Part shown: positions 19,557 through 30,936 of the stretch, one piece after another
Layout: every line of letters begins with the position of its first letter
How positions within the stretch are numbered: the first letter of the stretch is position 1
Assembly: GCA_003599485.1 (NCBI GenBank)
Contig: QZKM01000048.1
Location: forward strand, 10,428-74,427
From: Gammaproteobacteria bacterium
Lineage (GTDB): Bacteria > Pseudomonadota > Gammaproteobacteria > SURF-13
Direction: 5' to 3'
Length of the DNA stretch: 64,000 nt
Made by a program: the position numbers and the translations under genes
The notes under the pieces: model-generated
What the model was told of the DNA's origin: nothing
Databases searched by the model: none
Seen by the model: the letters and a program-made list of their open reading frames with translations, nothing else

Positions 19557-20711
19557 TCAAGCGTGACCTGCCGCGGCGACTGCCTTTACAGCCGCATCGG
19601 TAAGATCGTTCGCAGTGATGATTTTGAGTTTGCTGGCGCGTAATAATTCGCACGCCTCCGGCGCACGGTTGCCTTCGAGGCGCACCACCACCGGCAGTTT
19701 GATGCCGACTTCGGATACCGCCTTGATGATGCCTTCGGCGATCAAATCACAGCGCACGATGCCGCCGAAGATGTTGACCAAAATCGCCTTCACTTTTTTA
19801 TCGGACAAAATCAGCTTGAAGGCTTCGGCCACTTTTTCCGCCGTGGTGCCGCCGCCGACGTCGAGAAAGTTGGCCGGTTCGCCGCCGTGCAGTTTGATCA
19901 AGTCCATGGTCGCCATGGCGAGTCCGGCGCCGTTCACCATGCAGGCGATGTTGCCGGAGAGGGTGATGTAGTTGAGACCGAACTGGCGCGCGGCGGCCTC
20001 GCGTTCGTCTTCCTGGGTCGCGTCGCGCAGCGCGGCGAGGTCGGGGTGGCGGTACAACGCGTTGTCATCCAGTGCGATCTTGGCGTCCAGCGCAATCAGT
20101 TCGCCGCCGCGGGTGATAATCAACGGGTTGACCTCGATCAGGCTGGCGTCCTGGTCCACAAACACACGGTACAGCGCGCGCGCAAGCTGGGTGAAGGCGG
20201 CGATCTGTTTATCGGCCAGACCCAGCGCAAAGGCGAGTTCGCGACACTGGTAAGGCTGCAAGCCCGCCAGCGGGTCCGCGTGCAGCGTTTGTAGTTGATG
20301 CGGGTGAGTTTCGATCTCCACCCCGCCGCTGCCGGACGCCAGGACCTGCACCCGCTCACGCGCCCGGTCCACGGTGAGCGCAAGATACAGCTCGCGCGCG
20401 ATTTCGCTCGGGCGGTCCACCAGCACCGTGGAGACAGGGAGGCCCTGGGCGCCGGTTTGCGCGGTGACGAGACGCGAGCCGAGCAGCCTGCTCACGGCGG
20501 TTTCCAGTTCATCCAGACCGCGCACGCGCTGCACGCCGCCCGCCTTGCCACGCGCCCCCGCGTGCACCTGCGCTTTGACGACCCACTCTTCTCCGCCGAG
20601 GGCGCGCGCCGCATCCCGCGCCTGCTGCACGCTGCGCGCCACCACGCCCTGGGGCACGGGCACGCCGTATCCCTTTAATAGTTGCTTCGCCTGGAATTCG
20701 TGGAGGTTCAT
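19557..20711 (-). CDS. sucC: succinyl-CoA synthetase beta subunit
   Basis: ATP-grasp N-terminus MNLHEFQAKQLL...; full-length 384 aa. Confidence 0.95.
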   Translation of the reverse strand: MNLHEFQAKQLLKGYGVPVPQGVVARSVQQARDAARALGGEEWVVKAQVHAGARGKAGGVQRVRGLDELETAVSRLLGSRLVTAQTGAQGLPVSTVLVDRPSEIARELYLALTVDRARERVQVLASGSGGVEIETHPHQLQTLHADPLAGLQPYQCRELAFALGLADKQIAAFTQLARALYRVFVDQDASLIEVNPLIITRGGELIALDAKIALDDNALYRHPDLAALRDATQEDEREAAARQFGLNYITLSGNIACMVNGAGLAMATMDLIKLHGGEPANFLDVGGGTTAEKVAEAFKLILSDKKVKAILVNIFGGIVRCDLIAEGIIKAVSEVGIKLPVVVRLEGNRAPEACELLRASKLKIITANDLTDAAVKAVAAAGHA

Positions 20712-20808
20712 AAGGTTGCGGGCACATTATAGCAGGCCGTCAACGGCGTAGCCCCGCGGGCGCGGCAAATGGCGGAACTGAACGAAAATACGTTATGCTA
20801 GACGGGTT

Positions 20809-21033
20809 ATGAATCTGATACGCCTGTTACTGCTCGCCCTCGCCATCTGGCTGTTTACGCTTGTGATCAAGCGTTATCTTGCGCTTGCCCGACGCAAACG
20901 GGGTGAGACGCCTCGCATCGGCGCCATGGTACGCTGTGCGGTGTGCGGCCTGCACGTGCCCGAGGCCGAAGCCCTCAAGCGTCACGATCAGTATTTCTGT
21001 TCTACCGAGCACCGGGACCAGGCGTCCGTTTAA
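20809..21033 (+). CDS. PP0621-family small membrane/zinc-finger protein
   Basis: 74 aa, N-terminal TM helix, CxxC...C..H (MYND-like) motif. Typical partner upstream of pilS/pilR-type pairs. Confidence 0.6.
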   Translation: MNLIRLLLLALAIWLFTLVIKRYLALARRKRGETPRIGAMVRCAVCGLHVPEAEALKRHDQYFCSTEHRDQASV

Positions 21034-21058
21034 AACGCGCCCAAGGCGGCGGATACAC

Positions 21059-22666
21059 ATGTCGCGTCTATTTCCGGCACACGCGGATCTAATCGGGCAA
21101 GAGCCCGCTCCGCACAGCACACCCTGGAGGCTGCTGGGCTTGCTGATTATTTACCGGCTTGCCCTCTCCGCCGCCGCGGTATTCCTGGTATTGGGCGATC
21201 ACCCGCTGCAACCTCTGGGTCAGGACAAGCCCGCTCTATTCTCCAATCTCAGCCTGTTTTATCTTGCGTTCAGCCTGGTATGCGCCGCGGCCCGGCTGAC
21301 CCGCTGGCCCGGTTTGCGCGTCCAGGTGTATGCGCAGATAGTAATTGATATCATGGTCATCACCCTGATGATGCACGCCAGCGGCGGGGTAAGCAGCGGC
21401 CTGGGCATCCTGCTCGTAGTGGCGGTCGCCGCCGGGGCCATACTCTCACCGGGCCGCATCGGAATATTTTTCGCGGCCATCGCCAGTCTTGCCGTCCTCA
21501 TCGAGCGCGGCTACGCCAGCTTGACCGAGGCCGCCACGCAAAGCAGTTACACCCAGACCGGTATGCTGGGCGCGGCGTTTTTCGCCACCGCCCTGCTCAT
21601 CCATGCGCTGGCGCGCCGCGCATTTGAAAGCGAAGCGCTCGCCACCCGGCGCGGCGAGGATCTCGCCAACATGGCGGAAATCACGCATTATGTCATCGAA
21701 CGCATGCAGACCGGCATCGTTGTAGCGGACCATAGCGGCCTCATCCGCATCGCCAACGAATCGGCGCGCCGTCTGCTCGATCTGCCTGCCGGAGCGCCTG
21801 AAACCCTGGCCGAGGCGGCGCCCGCGCTCGCCGGGCAGTGGTCGGAATGGCGTAAAGATGGCGTTCAGCCTTCAGGCCCCACGGGCGATTTTTTCGCGCG
21901 CTTTGCGAAATTGGGCGCGACACAGGACAGCGACACCCTGATCTTTCTGGAGGACAACTCCGAAATCGCGCAGCAGGCGCAACACCTCAAGCTCGCCTCG
22001 CTCGGGCGGCTCACGGCCAGCATCGCGCACGAGATACGCAATCCGCTGGGCGCCATCAGCCACGCCGGGCAGTTGCTCGCCGAATCGCCCGCCCTGCAGG
22101 ATGCAGACAGACGTCTTACCCAGATTATCGCCGACCACGCCCAACGCATGAACAACATGGTGGAAAACGTGCTGCAGCTCAGCCGGCGCGAGCGCACGCG
22201 CAGCGACATTCTCGATCTTGAATCCTGGCTCGACGAATTCGCACGGGTGTTTTGCGAAAGCAACGCCCTGCGCCCGGAGGAAATCAGCATACGGCATGAG
22301 GATAGCCGCATTGTTGTGCACGCGGATTCCAGCCAGCTACATCAGGTGCTGTGGAATCTGTGCCAGAATGGGCTGCGCTATGCCCCGGGCGGCGCGCTGC
22401 CGAAGCTTGTGTTGCGCTGCGGCATCCTCCCCGGTCAATATGCCCCGTATCTCGACGTGATAGACAGCGGCCCCGGCATCAACATGGAAAACGCCGAGCA
22501 TATCTTTGAGCCGTTCTTCACCACTGAACCCAATGGCACCGGGCTGGGACTGTACATCGCGCGTGAGCTGTGTGAATGCAACCAGGCGAATCTTAAATAC
22601 ATCCGGCTTGCTCAAGGCAGTTGTTTCCGCATCACCTTCGCCGACCGGCGCAGACATATCATATAG
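21059..22666 (+). CDS. pilS: sensor histidine kinase, PilS-like
   Basis: Multi-TM N-terminus, H-box HEIRNPL, HATPase_c. Upstream PP0621 gene and downstream sigma-54 regulator. Confidence 0.7.
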   Translation: MSRLFPAHADLIGQEPAPHSTPWRLLGLLIIYRLALSAAAVFLVLGDHPLQPLGQDKPALFSNLSLFYLAFSLVCAAARLTRWPGLRVQVYAQIVIDIMVITLMMHASGGVSSGLGILLVVAVAAGAILSPGRIGIFFAAIASLAVLIERGYASLTEAATQSSYTQTGMLGAAFFATALLIHALARRAFESEALATRRGEDLANMAEITHYVIERMQTGIVVADHSGLIRIANESARRLLDLPAGAPETLAEAAPALAGQWSEWRKDGVQPSGPTGDFFARFAKLGATQDSDTLIFLEDNSEIAQQAQHLKLASLGRLTASIAHEIRNPLGAISHAGQLLAESPALQDADRRLTQIIADHAQRMNNMVENVLQLSRRERTRSDILDLESWLDEFARVFCESNALRPEEISIRHEDSRIVVHADSSQLHQVLWNLCQNGLRYAPGGALPKLVLRCGILPGQYAPYLDVIDSGPGINMENAEHIFEPFFTTEPNGTGLGLYIARELCECNQANLKYIRLAQGSCFRITFADRRRHII

Positions 22667-22676
22667 CACCTTATTT

Positions 22677-23987
22677 ATGATACCGCACACGGCACTGGTA
22701 GTGGATGACGAACCCGATATCCGTGAGCTGTTGCAGCTCACGCTGGGGCGCATGAACATCGCAACCCACGCCGCCCCGAACCTGGCCGAGGCGCGCGCGT
22801 TGCTGGGCCAGCAACACTTCGATCTCTGCCTCACCGACATGCGCCTGCCTGACGGCAACGGCATTGAACTCATCGCCTACATTCAGCGCAAGGCGCCGGA
22901 AACGCCGGTTGCGGTCATCACCGCGCACGGCAACATGGAATCGGCCGTCGCCGCACTCAAGGCGGGCGCGTTTGATTTCGTCTCCAAACCGGTGGACTTG
23001 CACGTGCTGCGCAACCTGATCGCCAGCGCGCTCAAGCTCGCCACGCCGGCGCAACCGGAAACGCAAAACCTGCTCGGTGACTCGGCGCCGATGCAAACCA
23101 TCCGCGCCACCATCGCCAAGCTGGCGCGCAGCCAGGCGCCGGTGTACATCAGCGGTGAATCGGGCAGCGGAAAAGAACTGGCCGCGCGCCTGATTCACGG
23201 CCAGGGGCCGCGACGCGACGCGCCCTTCATCGCCGTCAACTGCGGCGCGATTCCCGAGCAACTGCTGGAAAGCGAATTCTTCGGCCACAAGAAAGGCAGC
23301 TTCACAGGCGCGGTGGCGGACAAGCCCGGCCTGTTCCAGGCCGCGCAGGGCGGCACGCTGTTTCTGGATGAAGTCGCCGACCTGCCGCTGTACATGCAGG
23401 TGAAGTTGTTACGCGCCATTCAGGAAAAGGCCGCGCGCCCGGTGGGGGCGCAGAAAGAAATTCCGGTGGACGTGCGCATCCTGAGCGCCACGCACAAAGA
23501 CCTCGGCGCGCTGGTCAAGCAGGGCAGTTTCCGCCAGGACTTGTATTACCGCATCAACGTCATCGAGCTGCACGTGCCCGCGCTGCGCGAACGTGCGGAA
23601 GACATTCCATTGCTCGCTGGGCATCTCTTACAGCGTCTCGCCACCCAGAGCGGCACGCCGCCCGCCACCCTCACGCCGCGCGCCAGCGAGGCGCTCTGCC
23701 GCTATCCCTTCCCCGGCAACGTGCGCGAGCTGGAAAATATTCTGGAGCGTGCACTCACCCTGCATGAAGGCAGGGTAATTGACGTGCAGGACCTGCGCCT
23801 GCCCGATCACGCACCCCGCCAGGGACAGGAAAAGCTGCCGCTGGAGGACGAGCTCGACAGCATCGAGAAACAACGCATCACGAAGGCATTGGAACAGACG
23901 CGCTACAACAAGACCGCCGCCGCCAAACTGCTCGGCATCACCTTCCGCGCGTTGCGCTATCGGCTGAAGAAGCTGGGTCTCGACTAA
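22677..23987 (+). CDS. pilR: sigma-54-dependent response regulator, PilR/NtrC family
   Basis: REC domain, AAA+ sigma-54 activation domain (GESGSGKE, GAFTGA-like GSFTGA), C-terminal Fis-type HTH. Confidence 0.8.
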   Translation: MIPHTALVVDDEPDIRELLQLTLGRMNIATHAAPNLAEARALLGQQHFDLCLTDMRLPDGNGIELIAYIQRKAPETPVAVITAHGNMESAVAALKAGAFDFVSKPVDLHVLRNLIASALKLATPAQPETQNLLGDSAPMQTIRATIAKLARSQAPVYISGESGSGKELAARLIHGQGPRRDAPFIAVNCGAIPEQLLESEFFGHKKGSFTGAVADKPGLFQAAQGGTLFLDEVADLPLYMQVKLLRAIQEKAARPVGAQKEIPVDVRILSATHKDLGALVKQGSFRQDLYYRINVIELHVPALRERAEDIPLLAGHLLQRLATQSGTPPATLTPRASEALCRYPFPGNVRELENILERALTLHEGRVIDVQDLRLPDHAPRQGQEKLPLEDELDSIEKQRITKALEQTRYNKTAAAKLLGITFRALRYRLKKLGLD

Positions 23988-24036
23988 CCGGGTAATGTAG
24001 AGCTCTTTGCATCACCCTGCTAAAGTCTCATGAATC

Positions 24037-24972
24037 ATGAAAATACTGCTCGTTGACGATTCCTCCACCATCATCGCAGCGACGAGCAAGATGCTTGAAA
24101 AGATGGGGCATAGCGTGTCCACAGCCGAGAACGGTGAAGCGGGTGTGGCTGCCTACGAGCGCGAGCATCCTGATTTGATCCTTATGGACGTAACTATGCC
24201 TGTCATGGATGGGTACGCGGCCGCGCAACATATCCGTTCCCAACACCCGGAGGACTGGGTTCCGATCATCTTCCTGAGCGGACGGGAAGACGAACAGCAG
24301 CTCCAGCGTGGAATCCAGGCTGGAGGCGATGATTACTTGATAAAGCCGGCCAGCTACGTGGTGCTGCACGCAAAGATTCACGCCATGCAGCGTATTGATG
24401 CGATGCGCCGCCGTCTGATTCAGTTGTCCGCGGAATTGGCCGCCGCAAACCGGGCGCTGGAACGCCTGTCAAGGCAGGATGCCCTGACTGATCTCGCCAA
24501 CCGGCGATATTTCGACACTTACCTTGCTGACGAGATTTTACGCGCGCAGCGCACCAAGAAGACGCTCGCTCTGATCCTGTGCGACGTTGACTATTTCAAG
24601 CCATACAACGATCACTACGGCCATCAGGCCGGCGATCAGTGTCTCAGACAGGTTGCCGCCGCAATACGGTACTGCTGCCGGCATCCGGCAGATATGGCTG
24701 CACGCTATGGTGGCGAGGAATTTGCGCTTATCCTTCCGGAAACGGAGCTGAGCGGTGGAGTTCAGGTTGCCGAAGATATCAGAAATGCGGTTGCACAGTT
24801 ACGGATTGCCCACGAGCATTCGAAAGTGACGTCGTATGTCAGCATCAGCGCCGGCGTTGCCGTCTATCTGCCAGGAACGGTTATCACCGCAAATCAGCTG
24901 GTCGCAGCGGCCGACGAAGCCCTTTATCAGGCGAAAGGTTCAGGTCGTAATCGCGTTGTTGCCCTAGGATAA
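24037..24972 (+). CDS. response regulator with GGDEF diguanylate cyclase domain
   Basis: REC (DDSS...D...K), then GGEEF active site and RYGGEEF; I-site-like RxxD. Lower GC than neighbours. Confidence 0.9.
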   Translation: MKILLVDDSSTIIAATSKMLEKMGHSVSTAENGEAGVAAYEREHPDLILMDVTMPVMDGYAAAQHIRSQHPEDWVPIIFLSGREDEQQLQRGIQAGGDDYLIKPASYVVLHAKIHAMQRIDAMRRRLIQLSAELAAANRALERLSRQDALTDLANRRYFDTYLADEILRAQRTKKTLALILCDVDYFKPYNDHYGHQAGDQCLRQVAAAIRYCCRHPADMAARYGGEEFALILPETELSGGVQVAEDIRNAVAQLRIAHEHSKVTSYVSISAGVAVYLPGTVITANQLVAAADEALYQAKGSGRNRVVALG

Positions 24973-24977
24973 CCAGG

Positions 24978-26411
24978 CTACCTCAGCTTTTCCTTGAGCA
25001 GCGCATTAACCTGCGCCGGATTGGCCTTGCCTTGGCTCGCCTTCATCACCTGGCCGACGAAGAAGGTGAACAATTTTTCCTGGCCGCCGCGGTATTGCGC
25101 GAGCTGTTCGGGGAATTTTTTAATCACCTCGACGATCACCTTTTCAATCGCGCCGCTGTCGGTGACCTGCTTCAAGCCCCTGGCGGCGATCACCGCATCC
25201 GCGTCGCCTTCGCCGTGCCACATGGCATCGAACACCTGCTTGGCGATCTTGCCGGACAGGGTGTTGTCACCGATGCGCCTCAGCATACCGGCAAGCTGCG
25301 CGGGGCTGACCGGGCTGGCGTTAATGTCCAGGTTGTTCTTATTGAGAGCGCCCAGCAACTCACCCAGCACCCAGTTGGCGCACAGCTTGGGCTCGCCTCC
25401 CGCCCCGCGAACCACGTCTTCATAGTAAGCCGCGAGTTCGCGGCTGGAGGTCAACACGCCCGCTTCATAGGGCGTAAGCGCATAGTCTTTAATAAAGCGC
25501 TGCTTTTTCTCGTCCGGCAACTCCGGCAAGGTTTTGCGCACGGTTTCAATGATTCCCGCGTCAATTTCCAGCGGCAGCAAATCCGGGTCGGGGAAATAGC
25601 GGTAATCGTGGGCCTCTTCCTTGCTGCGCATGGAGCGTGTTTCGTCTTTATCTGCGTCGTACAGGCGCGTCTCCTGCACCACGCTGCCGCCGCCCTCGAT
25701 CAGTTCGATCTGACGCTGCACTTCATAAGCGATGGCCTTCTCGACGAAACGGAACGAGTTGATGTTTTTCAGTTCGGCGCGGGTGCCGAATTCATGCTGG
25801 CCCCTGGGCCGCACCGAGACATTGGCGTCGCAACGGAACGAACCTTCCTGCATGTTGCCGTCGCAGATTTCCAGATAGCGCACCAGGGAGTGAATTTTTT
25901 TCATGTAGGCGACCGCCTCCCTGGCCGAACGCATGTCCGGCTCGGAGACGATCTCCAATAAAGGCGTGCCGGCGCGATTCAGGTCAATCCCCGTCATGCC
26001 GTGAAAGTCTTCATGCAGCGACTTGCCGGCGTCCTCCTCCAGGTGCGCGCGGGTGATGCCGATGGTCTTCACGCCGCCGTCTTCCAGTTCGATCTCGATC
26101 CGGCCCTGCGCCACCACCGGCAGTTCGTACTGGCTGATCTGATAACCCTTGGGCAAATCGGGGTAAAAATAATTCTTGCGCGCAAACACCGAGCGCGGTG
26201 CGATTTTTGCGCCAATGGCGAGGCCGAACTTCACCGCCATGCGCACCGCCTCTTCGTTCAACACCGGCAGCACGCCGGGCATGCCAAGATCAATGGCGCA
26301 GGCCTGGGTATTGGGCGGCGCGCCATACGCGGTGGGCGCGCCGGAAAAGATTTTGCTGCGCGTCGCAAGCTGCGCGTGTATCTCAAGACCGATGACGGTT
26401 TCCCATTCCAT
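24978..26411 (-). CDS. gatB: Asp-tRNA(Asn)/Glu-tRNA(Gln) amidotransferase subunit B
   Basis: [15 protein letters not shown]...; full-length 477 aa. Confidence 0.95.
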   Translation of the reverse strand: MEWETVIGLEIHAQLATRSKIFSGAPTAYGAPPNTQACAIDLGMPGVLPVLNEEAVRMAVKFGLAIGAKIAPRSVFARKNYFYPDLPKGYQISQYELPVVAQGRIEIELEDGGVKTIGITRAHLEEDAGKSLHEDFHGMTGIDLNRAGTPLLEIVSEPDMRSAREAVAYMKKIHSLVRYLEICDGNMQEGSFRCDANVSVRPRGQHEFGTRAELKNINSFRFVEKAIAYEVQRQIELIEGGGSVVQETRLYDADKDETRSMRSKEEAHDYRYFPDPDLLPLEIDAGIIETVRKTLPELPDEKKQRFIKDYALTPYEAGVLTSSRELAAYYEDVVRGAGGEPKLCANWVLGELLGALNKNNLDINASPVSPAQLAGMLRRIGDNTLSGKIAKQVFDAMWHGEGDADAVIAARGLKQVTDSGAIEKVIVEVIKKFPEQLAQYRGGQEKLFTFFVGQVMKASQGKANPAQVNALLKEKLR

Positions 26412-26413
26412 AT

Positions 26414-27868
26414 TTATTCAAATCCTTTTGGAGTGCGCGTATGCCAGTCGGTGACTTTTTGATACTGGTGCGCGACGTTCAGCAGGCGTGGTTCGTCAAA
26501 ATAATTGCCGATAATCTGCAAACCCAGCGGGCGCTGGCCCACGAAACCGGCGGGGAGCGAGATTGCGGGCAGGCCGGCGAGGTTGACCGCGATGGTGTAG
26601 ATGTCGGACAGGTACATCGTCACCGGATCGTCGGTCTTTTCCCCCAGGTTGAACGCCACCGTGGGCGCAGTCGGCCCCATGATGACGTCCACTTGCTCGA
26701 GGGCGCGTTTGAAGTCATCGCTGATGAGGCGGCGCAGTTTTTGCGCCTTGAGGTAATACGCATCGTAGTAACCGGCGGACAGCACATAGGCGCCGACCAT
26801 GATGCGGCGTTTGACCTCGGCGCCGAAACCTTCGCCGCGCGAGCGCTCGTAGAGATCGAGCAAATCTTGCGGGTCCTTGCAGCGGTAACCGTAGCGGACG
26901 CCGTCAAAGCGCGACAGATTGGAGGAACACTCGGCGGGCGCGATCACGTAATACACCGGCACTGCGAGAGAGGTATTGGGCAGGCTGATTTCCTTCACCA
27001 CCGCGCCAAGTTTTTCATACTCTTTGACGGCGGCGTCTATCGCCTGCGCCACCTTGCCATCCAGCCCGGCGCCGAAATATTCCCTGGGCAGGCCGATTTT
27101 GAGGCCCTTGATCGAATCATTCAGCGTCGCGGTGTAATCCGGGACGGGTTTGTCCACGCTGGTGGAGTCGCGCACGTCGAAACCGGCCATGACCTGCATG
27201 AGCAGGGCGCAATCCTCCGCCGTGCGCGCCATCGGCCCGCCTTGATCCAGGCTGGAGGCAAACGCAATCATGCCGTAGCGCGACACGCGCCCATAGGTGG
27301 GTTTCAAGCCGGTGAGATTGCACAGCGCCGCGGGCTGGCGGATGGAACCGCCGGTGTCGGTGCCGGTGGCGGCGGGCGCGAGCCGCGCGGCGACCGCGGC
27401 GGCGGAGCCGCCTGAAGAGCCGCCCGGCACGGCGGCGGTGTCCCAGGGATTTTTCACCGCGCCGTAAAAACTGGTTTCGTTGCTTGACCCCATGGCGAAC
27501 TCGTCCATGTTGGTCTTGCCCAGCATCACCGCGCCCGCCGCGTCAAAACGCTCCACCGTGGTGGCGTCATAGGGCGCTATGAAGTTGTCGAGCATCCTGG
27601 AGCCGCAACTGGTCTTCACCCCCTTGGTGCAGAAAATATCCTTCTGCGCGATGGGTACGCCGGTGAGCGCGCCGCCCTCGTTTTTCGCGAGGCTCGCGTC
27701 GGCGGCGCGCGCCTGCGCCAGCGCCCGCTCGCCGGTCACGCTGATGTAGCAGTTGAGCGCCGGATTGTGTTTTTCGATGCGCCGCAAACAGGCGCGCGTC
27801 AACTCCTCGCTGGAGAACTCGCGCTGTTTGAGCGCGCGGGATAATTCGGCAATGGTTTTGGTATGCAT
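26414..27868 (-). CDS. gatA: Asp-tRNA(Asn)/Glu-tRNA(Gln) amidotransferase subunit A
   Basis: Amidase signature [12 protein letters not shown]; 484 aa. Confidence 0.95.
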   Translation of the reverse strand: MHTKTIAELSRALKQREFSSEELTRACLRRIEKHNPALNCYISVTGERALAQARAADASLAKNEGGALTGVPIAQKDIFCTKGVKTSCGSRMLDNFIAPYDATTVERFDAAGAVMLGKTNMDEFAMGSSNETSFYGAVKNPWDTAAVPGGSSGGSAAAVAARLAPAATGTDTGGSIRQPAALCNLTGLKPTYGRVSRYGMIAFASSLDQGGPMARTAEDCALLMQVMAGFDVRDSTSVDKPVPDYTATLNDSIKGLKIGLPREYFGAGLDGKVAQAIDAAVKEYEKLGAVVKEISLPNTSLAVPVYYVIAPAECSSNLSRFDGVRYGYRCKDPQDLLDLYERSRGEGFGAEVKRRIMVGAYVLSAGYYDAYYLKAQKLRRLISDDFKRALEQVDVIMGPTAPTVAFNLGEKTDDPVTMYLSDIYTIAVNLAGLPAISLPAGFVGQRPLGLQIIGNYFDEPRLLNVAHQYQKVTDWHTRTPKGFE

Positions 27869-27877
27869 GATTAAAGC

Positions 27878-27962
27878 AGGGGAAAGGGGAAAGGGGAAAG
27901 GGGAAAGGGAATTAAAGAGACGTGTATGCGCATGGTCCTTTTCCCTTTTCCCTTTTCCCTTT
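27878..27962. repeat. 85-bp hairpin made of tandem heptad repeats, (GGGGAAA)x4 arm / (CCTTTTC)x3 arm, with a 24-nt loop
   Basis: Read directly in the gatC–gatA intergenic region. Arms pair with one G·U or A/C position per heptad. G4-type G-tract spacing on both strands. Confidence 0.8.
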
Positions 27963-27973
27963 AGCCCTTGTAT

Positions 27974-29421
<1,448 letters not shown>

Positions 29422-29524
29422 CACGGCCGCGACGAAGAAGCTATTTGATTTCGCACCGCGCGCCATGAGACCGCGCGGGATGAATTCTACATACTCGATC
29501 CTTTCTATCGAGTGACGGCATACT

Positions 29525-30406
29525 ATGCGACAGCGCTTCGAAGGGCAGATGAAGCCCCTGTTCCAGCGCGGGCCCTCCATCACCCTGCGGCTGTTGATAT
29601 TGATACTGTTGTCCGTCGCCATGATGACTGCTGATCACCGCGGCGCGCGCCTGGAGCCGTTGCGCGCGGGGCTCACACTGCTGATCTCACCTCTGCACTA
29701 TCTGGTCAACCTGCCCTTTGACGCGGGGGGCTGGCTGAGCGGCGTCTTCACCTCGCGTAACTCTTTACTGCGCGACAACAGCCGCTTGCAGAAAGAGCAC
29801 CTCGCCCTCATGGCGCAGATGCAAAGATACGAAGCGCTGGAGGTGGAAAACCAGCGCCTGCGCGAATTGTTGCAGTCATCGGTCAAGGTGGGTGGCCGCA
29901 CCTCGGTGGCGGAGATCATCTCCGTGGACCTCGACCCCTTTAAACGCCAGATTGTGCTCAACAGGGGCACGCGCGACGGCGTCACCCTCGGCCAGCCGTT
30001 GCTGGACGCGCGCGGCGTGCTCGGCCAGATCGTGCACGCCTCGCTCTACACCAGCAGCGCGCTGCTGATTACCGACCCCACTCATGCCCTGCCCGTGCAA
30101 GTGTTGCGCAACGGTCTGCGCGGCATCGCCTTCGGCAGCGGCTCATCCAATCGCCTCGATCTGCCTTATCTCGCCAATAACGCGGACATTCAAGTGGGCG
30201 ATCTGCTGGTCAGCTCGGGCCTGGACGGGCGTTTTCCGCCGGACTATCCAGTGGGCAAGGTGGTGAGCGTAAAACTGGACCCGAGCGAGCCGTTCGCCAA
30301 GGTGAGCGCCGAGCCCAGCGCAGGCCTGGAGCGCAACCGCGAGGTATTACTATACTGGTTCGAACCCGGCACGGCCGGCAACGGCAGTGCGGCCGTCTCC
30401 CCGTGA
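29525..30406 (+). CDS. mreC: rod shape-determining protein MreC
   Basis: N-terminal TM segment, coiled coil, beta domains. Start may be 29549 (MKPLFQRG). Confidence 0.85.
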   Translation: MRQRFEGQMKPLFQRGPSITLRLLILILLSVAMMTADHRGARLEPLRAGLTLLISPLHYLVNLPFDAGGWLSGVFTSRNSLLRDNSRLQKEHLALMAQMQRYEALEVENQRLRELLQSSVKVGGRTSVAEIISVDLDPFKRQIVLNRGTRDGVTLGQPLLDARGVLGQIVHASLYTSSALLITDPTHALPVQVLRNGLRGIAFGSGSSNRLDLPYLANNADIQVGDLLVSSGLDGRFPPDYPVGKVVSVKLDPSEPFAKVSAEPSAGLERNREVLLYWFEPGTAGNGSAAVSP

Positions 30407-30891
30407 CACAAAAACAACGACAGAGTTGGGTCATCATCGCCAGTTTCGTGGCGGCACTGCTGCTCACCCTGCTGCCGCTGCCGGACGTGCTGGCCGCCGC
30501 GCGGCCGGCCTGGATGGCCATGACCTTGATTTACTGGTGCCTTGCGCTGCCCGGGCGCATCGGCGTGGGCGGCGCCTGGGCGGCGGGCCTGCTGCTCGAC
30601 GCCGCGCAGGGCGCCCTGCTCGGCCAGCATGCGCTGAGCTTTGCGCTGATCGCCTACAGCGCCACGCGCCTCCATCTCGGCATCCGCCAGCTGCCGCTAT
30701 TACAGCAGGCGGCGGCGGTGGCCGTGTTGATCCTTTTCCTCGATCAAATGCTCGGCTTCTGGATAAAAGGCATGTCGCAGCAGGCGCCGTGGAGCTGGAG
30801 CTACTGGCTCGCCACACCCGCCAGCATGATGATCTGGCCTGCGATGTACCTCACGCTGCGCCATATGCGGCGCCGCTACCGGTTGGCCTGA
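30403..30891 (+). CDS. mreD: rod shape-determining protein MreD
   Basis: 162-aa polytopic membrane protein overlapping the mreC stop. Confidence 0.8.
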   Translation: MTQKQRQSWVIIASFVAALLLTLLPLPDVLAAARPAWMAMTLIYWCLALPGRIGVGGAWAAGLLLDAAQGALLGQHALSFALIAYSATRLHLGIRQLPLLQQAAAVAVLILFLDQMLGFWIKGMSQQAPWSWSYWLATPASMMIWPAMYLTLRHMRRRYRLA

Positions 30892-30936
30892 AATCCCGCA
30901 CAGAATTTTCTTGCCACTTGCTGCTTGTGATTAACC

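Noticed and set aside
27878-27962. Possible CRISPR array (regularly spaced short repeats)
   Set aside because: The repeat unit is 7 nt with no spacers. The two halves are reverse complements forming a hairpin. There are no cas genes in the window.
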